Shown: in pieces, positions 24,068-35,542 of the stretch
Layout of the letters: every line of letters begins with the position of its first letter
How positions within the stretch are numbered: the stretch's first letter is position 1
Origin: Marsupella aquatica
Taxonomy: Eukaryota > Plantae > Marchantiophyta
Reading direction: 5' to 3'
NCBI GenBank assembly: GCA_973895155.1
Contig: OZ316893.1
Span: 26,586,798 to 26,650,797 of the forward strand
DNA: 64,000 bases
The notes under the pieces: model-generated
What the model was told of the DNA's origin: nothing
What the model saw: the letters and a program-made list of their open reading frames with translations, nothing else
Databases searched by the model: none
Position numbers and translations under genes: made by a program

Positions 24068-26545
24068 TTGAGCATCTCCAGATTACCAATCAGGTCGGTA
24101 CGACACTGATTCATTCCAAAAATCAAGAACAAATCCCATAGGATAGAGAACTGTACATCCCACCAAGACATCATATGACTCAGCCTTAGTCAAAATAGCT
24201 CAAGCCTGGATCCGTGAGTTATCCTTTGAATGATCCTCCTAAATCCTGAGTTCAAGTGCTCGTCGAGTGATATGTTGTGTGGGTGTAGGTCCTCCCAATG
24301 AAGTCTGAATGGGAAAGGGACACTCCTCCAAGTCATCAGGATGCAATCCCAATCCTCTTATCGCAGACTTACCCAACACCAGTATCCAGTAACACTCGCT
24401 CTGGCTGGTATATTGCTCCAGAAGGCCCAACTAATCGGAAGATATCACTCTGATTATCCAACGATATGACGCTAGGTTTAAACCTAGTCCTCTCATAAGC
24501 AGGGCGCACGGGTAAATCTATCAACCTTGCCGCTGCTGCATGCCATGTTTCATTACTGGCAATAGGTGGATTCAACTCCATTGCTTCAGAATTGGGCGTT
24601 GCTTCTGCACGCGAAGCAACAGCTGGAGTGTCCTTGCATAATGTGGCCGCCAATCTGAACACCTCTGCTGGACTAACTCCCAATGTCAACATATCCATAG
24701 CTGAAAATAATGGCGTGCGCACTATAGTAGTGGCCACCCCCAACAAGGTACTTGTCATCCCTGTCACAACATCACTTGAATCCGCCAACTTACCCCCACC
24801 TGGGTTAGTCCGAACCGGATTCATAGAGGTAGTTTGAACTGCCTCTAACAATGTAAACGATTGGGGAAGCTTCGTTTGACGACAAATATCCCCTCTCTGA
24901 GGATCCAACTCTACCACTGCTCCTCGTGGCTCAAGGGCTTTAACTGCTCCTCGAGTCAAAGCTGCTGATGCATCAACATGCGCAGTGCCACACATAAATC
25001 CCATGGTGGCAAGATCTCCATCAGCTCCATAAGAGGTTGAAGCTCCATAGGATGTAGAAGCCCCATCACTAGCAGTAGGTCTAACTTGAGAACTAGCCAT
25101 TGCAGCTAGTTGTTGCTCCAATTGAGCAATCTTTGCATCTTTAGGATCTGTGGTAACGATAGGAGCAACATCACCTCCCTGTCTTCCTGCATGTGGCATG
25201 CCTCGATCACGTCCACCACCTCTAACTCCTCTTCCCTGATCATACGAACGTGATCCTCCCCGTCGTAGTTCAGGATGAAGTACAAAACACCTATCTTTGG
25301 TGTGTCCAGAAACTCCACAATGATCACACTGTCGTTGATCAGGCGTAGATGCCCCTCCTTGCCCCCTATTATCCGAGCAATATCTTTGGGCATGATCCCC
25401 ACCACAAGTCCAACATCCTGATTGTTGTCCAACATAAGAAGGCACAGGTCTCTAACTAGTAGATTCCCGTGTCGTAGGCTTCTCTCTCTGGCTCTTACGT
25501 GCAGTAGGTTGCGGTGTGGGCGTCGATGCAACCTTTGGTGCTTCCTTGGCAAATCCGGAAGTCACCACCTTCTCATTCACCATATTGAGCTCGATGCGCT
25601 CAGCAAGTGCAAAAACTATAACCAATGTGGGATCTGAATCCCTCAATAGAGTGGCATCTCTCACTCTACGACGCAACTCCCTATCCAGAATTGCATACCA
25701 AAATTGGACCGCTTGGGCCTCTGTCACTCCTTGTGTGACCGTAATCAATCTTCGCATACGAGTGTATGCCTCACGTAGGCTCTCTCCAGTCTTGCACTGA
25801 AACTCCTGAAGACCCTTCAACTTATCGGTTCTCACACCCTGATAGTTCTGCTTCAATACTTCAAAGAACTTCATCACAGGATTAAATGTTGGCGCAACTC
25901 CACTCCCAGCCACAATCACACCGGTAGGAGTAGCGGTGGATGCTGATGGAGTGCCACTCTGGCTAGTGCTACTAGAAGAAGCCGCAGCTGTAGCAATGGG
26001 TTGGGCAACCGCACTTGTGCCATAAGTGATGGACACATAGTTTGGTGACCAATGTTGTCTCCATGCCTCAATATCCACTAAATGAGCCTTTCGAAACTCA
26101 TGGTAGTCATCCATGGGTGGCCCCTCCAAATGCTGAAACAACCCTTTCCAAGCCATGAAAGGTGTGAACAATGTGGCATTACGCATTGTCTGCATATCAC
26201 ACCACGTATCAAACTCTTGGATGAAATCATCCAAATCAATCGTGCCAACTGCACCAGAGTATCTCCTCGGTCCTTTCGTGGCCCCATACATCTCTTCCAT
26301 ATCCCACAACAATGGAACAGTCACTTGATGTCGAGGAGAACTAGCTACTAACTCCTCGTCAGAATCACTATCTGAAACCCCACTTGTAGCCACTAACAAT
26401 GTTGTCGGCCAAAATTGCACTCCACTCTGAGTGAAACCAGACTGTCATCCCTCGGGTAGCCCCGTATCACCAGAGGACTCCGTGATGACCAATTTTCCCT
26501 AAATGGTCACCATCAACTCACCACTATCAATAATCAACCGATTGG

Positions 26546-26944
26546 CGGAACGGTGTTCCGCGGATACCAATCACTCAATCGCGGAAGGGTGTTCCGTAAT
26601 GCACCACCACCAATCTCCAAGACAATTGACGAAACAGTGTTCCGTCAATTGCTTAGTTGCGGGACAATGTTCCGCAACCAACCCTTCTTCACAACGTAGA
26701 CGAGATGTGTAATGGGGCAGACCAATCTTCAATATGCACCCACGACGGAATAGTGTTCCGTGGAAAACCAATCTTCCCAAAATTATCACAACAAAATGGT
26801 AATTTGTACCCGATCGTTCTCCAATATGCACTCACGACGGAACAGTGTTCCGTGGAAGACCAATCTTCCCAAAACTGCCACGATGGAACGGTGTTCCGCG
26901 GTCAACCAATCTCCAATATGCCCTCTCAACGGAACGGTGTTCCG
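26546..26944. repeat. Array of 8 palindromic CGGAAC-N3-GTTCCG motifs in the gypsy 5' leader
   Basis: Copies start at 26546, 26582, 26630, 26660, 26746, 26838, 26884 and 26930; partly 46 bp periodic; some copies have 1 mismatch. Confidence 0.85.
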
Positions 26945-27592
26945 TGGAAGACCTTCACAACCCTATTGCTGCGAAAACCCCGCCGCAATTCCCGGACAAA
27001 GTCTCTGTTCACTCACTTTGTCATTTTCCTTGTGCCCTAGGTCGCCGCCGCACCTCGCCTCTCCGCGGTGCACTATGTCGCCTCTCCGCGGTGCGCTATG
27101 TTGCCGTAGGGGACACAATTCGTCAACATCCAATGTCGCTTTCTTCAAAGAAATGCACTATCCGTCAACATCAAACTTGATGAATCTCAAATCCGCAACA
27201 TACAACTTCAATGATCAACCCCCGATTGGAACCATCCCCAACCAGAATCACAAACAATCACAAGTCCGACCAACTTGCCTTCACAAAACCGCAGCGAATA
27301 CTCTTAGCAATCCGCGCATAACAATCGACGATAACTTCCGATCATCGACCGCACATTCAGTCCTCCAAAATGCTACAATGTCGATCAATGCAAATCGCAA
27401 CTCCAAACGCGCAACTCAACAACTCAAAGCTCCGCATCCACTCGAGCTTTCTCAACACCAACTTGTAACAGATCGAGATACTAGCAATCCGTTCAACAAC
27501 AAAACCCGATCCGAGATACCACGAATCGTCAACAACAAAACTTCAACGAAATCGAACTTCTATTTGCACGATCCGTACATCAGAATTCGAAG

Positions 27593-27607
27593 CTGATCTT
27601 TCAATGT
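27593..27607 (-). promoter_or_regulatory. Putative self-priming primer binding site of the gypsy element
   Basis: No TGG tRNA-type PBS; 27596-27607 ATCTTTCAATGT is the exact reverse complement of 27786-27797 inside the LTR (14/15 when extended). Confidence 0.65.
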
Positions 27608-27935
27608 AATCTTCTTCAATAGTGCAAATCGAACAACGATCGGTGCTAATCCAACAACGATCCCATCCAACGCGATCACACATGTATGTCAAGCCCAACG
27701 CACCTTGTGCTTCAAGGAATCCACGTTACATGCACACAACCTGGTCAGCCACACCATAGCCACCAAGCTCATGCTCAAAGGCTCAACATTGAAAGATGAG
27801 GCCTTTGAGCCAACACAAGGGGATAACTATCCCTCACACCAACTCAAACTAAACATAGTGCTCATGTAGCACACATACAAACCTCTATACCTAGATAGTA
27901 CGATATACTTTACTACCACTCTAAATGGTGTGACA
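27605..27935 (-). repeat. Gypsy 5' terminal repeat, segment B only (331 bp)
   Basis: Sense strand TGTCACACC...ATTACA; about 99% identical to 18789-19116. Confidence 0.93.
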
Positions 27936-27939
27936 CATA

Positions 27940-30900
27940 ACTGCCCTACGTCAAGCATAGCTTGCCAGCCTCCAAGTCCCTAGTGATCTCCATACCCAAA
28001 ATCCTCTTAGCTGGCCCTAAGTCCTTCATCTTAAACTCTGCACTAAGCAGTGCCTTGAGCTTAACAATCAGTGGTGGACCTCGCCACCCAGCGCCCTCAC
28101 CAATCCCAGCACTTGCGCCTAAGTGCCCAAACGCCTCCACGGAATACCTCGAGCAAGCATCCCAGTGCCTCTAGCACCACCTGCGGCCCCTCCCATACGA
28201 AGTCGCACCTGCTCACCTACACGACCGCTACTCAACGGTCCTCACAGCCTGCACAAGCAACCAAGCACCTTGGTAAGTAACCCCTCAAGATCTAGAACTC
28301 GCCAAGTCTAGCCTCCTAACTCAAGCTCAACAGACGTTGGTAAATAGATCAGTGATAGGTCCTCCCGATGCCATAAGCCGAAACCAGAACTCACACCCAC
28401 TGTCCGTCCAGGACAGTTCCTTCCTTGGGCGCGGCCCGGGTTTCCCCTCGTACCTATCCATCACCAACTGACCGCCTTGACCTCAGGACATGCTCATGGC
28501 CCAAATAGCGTAGCTTGTCCTTGACCCGACCCGACCAGCCATAGGCTAGTCCAAGTCCTTAGTGTGTGTTCCCAGCTTGGCCCCTTGCCTCGCCAGTGCC
28601 ACGCCTCACTGCCCACAAGTCTGCCCATGCTAAGTCCTTCCCGGATGGCCTATCCGGGCCTGGACCATAAGGGAGCTCGGCGTCGGAGTCAATGACGCCG
28701 GAACTAAGTATTAAGGTAGTCGAGTTCCGCGACTCAATCTCAGATCTATCCTTGGCCACAATAAGCATGTCATCCACATAAAGTACTAAAATAATAAACC
28801 CAAAGACAACATTCTTCATCGGTTTAAGATACACACATGAGTCAAACACACTCTTGTGAAAGCCATGTGCACGAATCCAATCATCAAACCGCTTATTCCA
28901 CTGCCTTGGTGATTGCTTCAACCCATATAAAGATTTCAACAATCTGCAAACCAAATCCTCTTGCCCTTTCTTCACAAAACCTAGCGGCTGTCTCATGAAG
29001 ATCACCTCTTCTAAGGTGCCATAGAGGAAAGTTGTGACAACATCCATCTGATTTAGCAGCAAACCAAACATAACAACAAGCACACACAATAGCCGTATTG
29101 TTGAGTACTTAGCAACTGGTGAGAAAACCTCATTGTAATCCACACCTTTTTCTTGTGTGAATCCCTTGGCTACCAACCTAGCCTTGTAGACCTTTGATCC
29201 ACCTCCCGTGGATTGATCCTTCAACTTGTATACCCACTTGCTGTCCCTCAGGTAGCTTGACAAGCTCCCAAGTTTTGTTGTCCTTCAGTGACTGCATCTC
29301 CGTTTGCATTGCTGCAGTCCACTCCTGCTTCTTCTTAGAAGCACTTGCCTCATGAAATGAAGAAGTGGAATATCAACGCATCACCCTCATCATCAGTAAC
29401 AAAATCCTCCTCTTGCAATTGAGATGAATCAACCCACTGTCCATACCTTGGTGGAGCGCGTACAGTGCGAATCTTGGTGGAGCGCGTACAGTGCGACCAA
29501 ATGTTCTTCTAGATGATGACTTTGGTTGATCTATGTGTGCTAGTATAATCTGAAGCTCAACAACATCCACTTGCTGCTCACCAACATCAACAAATTCCTC
29601 TGGTTTTTTTGGCACAAGAACCAACTCCATAAATTGGATCAACTCTTTCTCTTTGGTCATGCACCTCATGACCAATCTCCCCCTCAATGAGATCCGGGAA
29701 ATGAGATTTTCCTTTGTGAGTACGGGAGACCTGAGTCTTCTCCCCCTCCTTTAATAATCTGGATTCATTGAAGGAAACATCCCTACTGACAACCAACTTA
29801 CAGGCAATAGGATCCCATAGCCTATAGGCCTTCACACCACTCTGGTACCCAAGAAAAACACATTTCTTATAGGTAGGATCCAACTTGATCCTATTTTGCT
29901 TTGGTGTGAGAGCATATGCATCACTTCCAAAAACTACCAAGCCATGATAGTCTGTTTGCCGCTTATAGTGCATCTCAAACGATGTTTTGAAATTGATAGC
30001 ACAAGAAGGAGAAAGGTTTACCAAATAAGCTACGATATTAACAGCTTCTACCCAAAATTCTTGTGATAAACCAGATTGGCTCAACATACTCCGTGATCGC
30101 TCCAATAGTGTCTGATTGAGGCTCTCAACGACACCATTATGCTGCGGAGTATAAATCATGGTGAGATGACAAGTTATCCCCTATTCTGAACAGTACCCTT
30201 CAAATTCCACTGAAGTGTACTCCCCGTCGTTGTCTGACCTCAGACTCTTCATTCTTTTATCCAAACACTTGACCGTGTTTCCAGTCTGATTCTCCATCTG
30301 GGCCTCCTACTTCTTAAAAATGGACAAGACATCAGACTTATGCGTCATGAAATACATTCACACAAATCTTGAATAATCATCAATAAATGATACATAGTAC
30401 AACTTTCTAGAGTGTGAGGGAGTCAGAGATGGACCCACACGTCACTATATATGTACTCAAGAATCGCTTTAGAACGATGAGTTCCAACACCAAAAGCATG
30501 ACGATGCTTCTTTCCAAGAATGCAATGACAGAACTCTAATTTACAAGATTGCAAATAAAAAATGAGTCCATTCTTCCGTAAGATAGCCAAACTCTTCTCA
30601 CTCATGTGGCCTAGCCGTGAATGCCACAGTTGAGTCATCTCCTTGTGAGACTTGGTTACATTGGCCTCTCCACATACAATATTGCCCTGCAACACATACA
30701 AATTCTTTTATCTGCTCCCCTTCAAAATCACTCTCTCCCGACCTGACTTGAAGTTCACCCATCAATAACGCTCCATCGATGACCATTTGAATCCAACACA
30801 CCGAGTGAAATTAGATTCTTACGCATGCCAGGTACATACCTGACTCCGAATATAGTGCGCATAGCGCCATCAAACATTTGAATCTTCAGCACCAATACCC

Positions 30901-32035
30901 TTAATTTGACAAGAGTGATCATTCCTATCAGAACTGAATCGTTTGAAATAGAGTAAGAACTGAAAAACTCATGAATGTAACAAATGTGAAAAGAGCAAGC
31001 ACAATCAAGAATCCACAGATCATCTGCTCTCCTAGATGACGTGCACAGGGCATACCCCTGGCTTCATAATACATACTCATCATGGAGTAAATCAACATCT
31101 CCATCAACCCTAGCCACATTTGCCGATGAAGATTCAGTTGCCTTTCCCTTATAGTCTCGCTTGAAGTGTCCAACCTTGTTGCACTTCCAACATGTCACCT
31201 ACCTCCTCTAAGGGGATTTTCCCCTGGACTTAGATCTGGATTTAGATCTAAACTGGGTTCTACGGTCCCCAGTTGGTCGCTGCATACTCCTCCCACGGTT
31301 AACATTGAGGGCAATACCGGATGATGAAGGCTGTGACGTGATGTGCATCTTCTATTGAAGATCATCACTAAGCAGAGAACTTACCACGTCATTGTATGAA
31401 ATGATATCTCTATCACAATGCAACAACACCCGTGATAGGGACTGGTAAGATGGAGACAATGAATTGAGAAGTTGTAGAGTCTTCGTTTCATCATTCAAAG
31501 TCTCCCCAAGGTTTTCCAAGTCAACGACCATGTCGTTGAAAGCATCCACGTGGTCCTGCAACTTCGTACCGGTTTTCTTCATCCTTAAACTCATCAGTTT
31601 GTAGGAAGTGTAGAGTCGGTTCGATAACTCCTTGCGGTGATACTTGCTCTGCAATTTTTCAAGCAAGGACATGCAATCCTTATGTGCACCCAACTGTTTG
31701 ATGATGGGAGGCATGAGATAGAGTGTACCACACCACACTCCTTGCTCCTGCATGCGGTCCCTTTGTTTCTCATTAACATTGTCTTCACGAGGGCTCAACA
31801 ATTGGCCCATCCTTGAAGCATAGAGCACTCTCTTCACCTGCTTCTCCCATAGTAGGTAGTCAGAGCGCCCATCATACTTTGTCACTTCATACTTGGGTCC
31901 CCCAAGCTTGAACGTCCCCATCTTCTTCTTTTGCACTACCGTGAGTTCCGGTAGTAGAACAACTTCCTCCACCACATGCCGCACCGGTGATGGTACCGGT
32001 GTCACGTACTCTTCCTCCTGCTCCTCTCTCTCCAC
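27940..32035 (-). pseudogene. Copia gag-protease-integrase-RT, frameshifted and interrupted by a 665 bp insertion
   Basis: gag YDGRSDYLLWEK and LLNSLSPSY; knuckle CWKCNKVGH; protease WILDCACSFH; LWHSRLGHMSEK; TPQHNGVVE; KCVFLGY; YKARLVAKGF; LYGLKQSPRQW; LYVDDML; MKDLG. Confidence 0.93.
28070..28734. mobile_element. 665 bp GC-rich insertion (solo LTR or MITE-like) with AGT...ACT termini
   Basis: 5 bp TSD CAATC (28065-28069 and 28735-28739); excision restores copia RT DRSEIVKLKAL; imperfect terminal inverted repeat AGTGGTGGAC / AGTCGCGGAA. Confidence 0.85.
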
Positions 32036-33474
32036 CTCAAAATGTCACGGTGATCCTCGTGCTTCAAGTTTCACGTCTTCAAAAATCTCCTTCGAATCAT
32101 TCATATAAGAAAATCAGGAAAAAATATCATTTTTCACAACATCTCAAAAAACTCAAAACTAATCACCACCGCGTAGCCCACAAAGCTAGGAGTCCAACAC
32201 TGAAATCCAAAATCAAAATCAAAATCGGACGGAAAAGTTATTCAAATTTTGATCGGGGTGGGTAAAACCTTGGAAAATTCCCCCATTTTTACCACCTCAG
32301 GGAATAACCAAAATGCCAAGTACAACCCATCGTCGGAATTGCAATTCAATTGGCGTGCCGCGTTGCTAACTTCAATGGCTATGACCTTGCCAAAAAGGAA
32401 CCAAAAAAATTACCGCTTGGTGCGTGGAATCTTTGTCGGACAACTGAAAACACGCTCTCTATTTTTTTCAAAATATTCTATGTATAGTAGAGCAGGTCTC
32501 ACAAGGGGCCATTCCCCCTGTCCAAGCGGTTAAATCCGGGGGTTACCGGGCCCGGGACAGCCAATTACAAATGCCAAGAGGGAAAAACAAAATATTGGCC
32601 CCTAAAAGGAGGTTGAAGCCCCTTTTGAAAAAACAGGCGTATTTAGGGGGGGCGGGTATGCACATACGCGACGAGGGTGTATGGCCGGGCTGAGTCAAGG
32701 GCGCATGCAGGATACGAAGGGCAAAAGGGAGGGGGAAAATGGCCATACAAAAAAATTGCCCTCAAGTAACCCCCCAAAATGCCAATTTAATCACAAAAAA
32801 AAGGCTGGTTACAAACCTTGCCGCTGTCGCTTTACACAAGCAAAGTGAACATCGTTGACGGGAAAAGTTGCCAAATCACAGTGGCTCAGTCTGCAAGCTC
32901 AGTAGAGGAAAAACTTTTCGTCATGTTGCCTTCACTCCGAGTGAAGTGCCAATCTCGGACTCATAACAACCACTTCACGGCGATCTCTCCGTTGAGCCCT
33001 AGCACTTTGTGTTTCTTCCTCCGAGTCGGACGTGACAACGAGTAACCCGGTTCAGATGAGAACAAGCTCCATAGCCTGTGAAAAAATCTGAACGCCTCCT
33101 TCACTCATCACGACACACTCGGTAACCACTCGGCAGTAACTCAGCTACCGAAATGACCAGCTTGCTTCAATCTTCAACTTGAGCTACAACATGCAACGCC
33201 TTGTGCACCGCAAAGCTCACATTGTTGCAAAAACAAACTTTGGTCTCTCCCCCAAAATACCGTCGAACACGAAAAACTCCAGATCGACGCAAACTCCAAT
33301 TCCTCCACACCACTGATACCAACCAGTGAGTTCTATGCACCGATAGAAAGCCCTCTAACTAATCTATTTGCTTAGCCACACACATTCGAGTTTCATGCGA
33401 CGAAACTCCGAATGCAACACTGACAATGAACGCTGGAAAACCGTCACAAAAAAACCTTGTCACCTCCCAAACAT

Positions 33475-33486
33475 GCTCTAATACCA
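33475..33486 (-). promoter_or_regulatory. Copia primer binding site (tRNA-iMet)
   Basis: TGGTATTAGAGC, 1 mismatch to TGGTATCAGAGC, 2 nt from the 5' LTR. Confidence 0.9.
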
Positions 33487-33488
33487 AT

Positions 33489-33834
33489 TGTTGAGCATAG
33501 ACGACAATTGCAACGGTAAGCCCATGAACCATCCAACGCACAAGAGTTGACACAGAGAGATACATGGTTCACCTCCACATGAGGTTACGTCTATGGGAAC
33601 ACACATGAGCTTTACTTCACTCTAGGCCGAACGACCATACCAAGCGTCCACAGTGCAAACTCTCTCTATCTCTCAACTAGCTCCGTAACAATGAGCCTGA
33701 GTTCCCACTCTCCAAGCAAAACACCGCTTGGTAATAGAGTGTGCACAACATGACTAACCTAACCAAGTCTACGACTAAGGTTAGCCTTAACTACGGTACA
33801 GTTATAACTCTAGACGTAAGAGTAAATCCTAACA
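33489..33834 (-). repeat. Copia 5' LTR (346 bp)
   Basis: Pairs with 17303-17647; TG...CA ends; adjacent PBS. Confidence 0.95.
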
Positions 33835-34764
33835 GACGGGACCCTACTCATAGTTTTGTGAAACTGAAGCTCCCGTGGACTGTGTTGCAATGCTTCATTG
33901 GAGCATGGGAGCATGGTCAGTCATTGTGTTGTATTAAATGAGCAATATAAATATATGAAACTGAAGACCCCATGGACTTAAACATTTGAAAAACTGCCTG
34001 AATTGACCAGACCAAGACCCCAGCAAAATCTTTTGTGGTACTCTGATAACACTTTTTCTTCCTGGGAGAATCCATGCCTTTTTTGCCAAAAGTACTATGG
34101 TCCATCTGGATACAAGGTTCATGGTAGCTGAATATCTAAGCATTATTTTAGTGGAAAGATAGGTGTTACTACACTCATTACAGATGAAAAACAAAAATCC
34201 AGTTCATCAATTTAGATAAACAGTGTAGATAGATAAACAGTGTAGATAGATATTATTATGAAACCTAAGTCCAATGGATTTATGTTTGACAAAATGCCTC
34301 CATAGACCAGGAAACCTGGATGGCAGAAATACCTATATGGAACTTGTATTTTGATGGCACTTTATTGTCAATATAAATAAATACTGTAGAGATAGATATT
34401 GTTACAAAATAAAAACCCAGATGGACCAAGACATTGTCCTTGCCTATCCCCATGGATTGCATAAAGCAATTGTCACTTTTACACCGGGCACAAAAGAAAC
34501 CCGTCACAAATCACACTTGGCAACCTTGACTATCTTGGGGAGAAAGTAGTCTAGCCATCATGATAATCCTAAATAATTAAAACCTGCTGCAAATGGTAAG
34601 GAGACAGTTTAGGACACATTTCGGTCTAGAGTATGAACAATGTTATCTGAGTCAGTTTCAATGTTCTGAGCAAGTCTATTCAAGCTTTGCAAGTACATTG
34701 GGGCTTCATAGACAACGTGGAGGTCCATTGGGGCTTTAGTTTCTATTACTACACCAGAGAAGCG

Positions 34765-34914
34765 AATTACACTAGAGAAACGAAAAACCAGTTCAATTAC
34801 ACTAGAGAAGCGAAAAACCAGTTCAATTACACTAGAGAAGCGAAAAACCAGTTCAATTACACTAGAGAAGCGAAAAACCAGTTCAATTACACTAGAGAAG
34901 CGAAAAACCAGTTC
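34765..34914. repeat. 30 bp minisatellite x5, followed by a (CTCCT)n tract at about 34985-35035, upstream of the TPR gene
   Basis: AATTACACTAGAGAAGCGAAAAACCAGTTC, near-perfect copies. Confidence 0.92.
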
Positions 34915-35542
34915 AGCCAAATTCCGTGGCAAGAGGAAGAATTGCGATCGCACACTAGCTTAGTAGTGTTCACTTCCTCGTGTTCTCCTCTCTCCTCGCC
35001 TCTCCTCTCTCCTCTCCTCTCCTCTCCTCTCCTCTGCCATAACCACGACGACGACGAGCTCGGCGGGACGATGATACAGAGGAGGTACGGCGTGTGAACG
35101 AGACGAGACGTTCGTTGGAGAGTTTGGCCTGCCATCACGGGAGATTCAATTTTATAAACTACTTCTTCATTCTGCGGGTCAGGTCTAGTGATGTAGCAGC
35201 TGGAGTTTCCGAGAAGGGTATGGAATCGATGGACGGAAACCCAGAAAGCAGGTTCTGGCGTCGGGCGGTGAGGGAGGGAGGGAGGGAGAGAGAAAAGCTG
35301 CTCGAGAAGTGGTGTTGCGTTCGTGCCGTCTTGCTTTGAATGTCGTGGGATTCTAATCCTCGTTGGTATCGCAGCGGAGTTGTGAAGAATTGCCAGTCAG
35401 GGCGAATACGATCAGGGGAGAGGAGAAGAGTTCGTATCACGCTAGAGATTCAGGCCAATTTCTGAGAAAGGGAACTGGATTTTAGGGCTGGTGGTGCGTC
35501 TTCTTATCCAGTTGACCTTAGATCGATGCGAGTGAAGAAGAG

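Larger units (their letters stand above)
19430..26513 (-). pseudogene. Gypsy gag-pol polyprotein (gag, two CCHC knuckles, aspartic protease, C5 DNA methyltransferase, RT, RNase H, integrase, PHD) with about 10 in-frame stops and one frameshift at the protease active site
   Basis: ORFs 24239-24430, 22556-24067, 21818-22510, 21413-21811, 20540-21391 and 19430-20512 share one frame; 24369-25445 and 25452-26420 share another; motifs CWTCGGDHAQRYC, CDHCGVSGHTKDRC, LLDTG, YDVLVG, YIDD, HTD*S and TDHQPL; candidate ATG at 26513. Confidence 0.92.
18652..27935 (-). mobile_element. Ty3/gypsy-type retrotransposon with DNMT3-like methyltransferase and PHD finger, permuted terminal repeats, nested in the copia RT
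   Basis: Termini TGTC...GACA; 4 bp TSD CATA (18648-18651 and 27936-27939); removing it restores the copia frame CLT*GSYARK; gag-PR-MTase-RT-RH-IN order. Confidence 0.93.
17303..33834 (-). mobile_element. Full-length degenerate Ty1/copia LTR retrotransposon (Tnt1-like) carrying two nested insertions
   Basis: TG...CA LTR pair, 5 bp TSD GACGG (17298-17302 and 33835-33839), tRNA-iMet PBS, PPT, gag-PR-IN-RT-RH order. Confidence 0.96.

Noticed and set aside
26546-26944. CRISPR-like appearance of palindromic repeats with spacers
   Set aside because: Eukaryotic retroelement leader, 15 bp core, irregular spacing, spacers related to each other, no cas genes
26760-27596. 278 aa antisense ORF in the gypsy leader
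   Set aside because: GTG start, overlaps the repeat array, C/A-biased composition that depletes stops, no recognisable motif; cannot be fully excluded without family conservation data
34100-34560. Cys-rich fragments (FFCARCK, FFICNEC) reminiscent of a piggyBac C-terminal domain
   Set aside because: Too short and interrupted; no DDD core, TTAA target or TIRs identified
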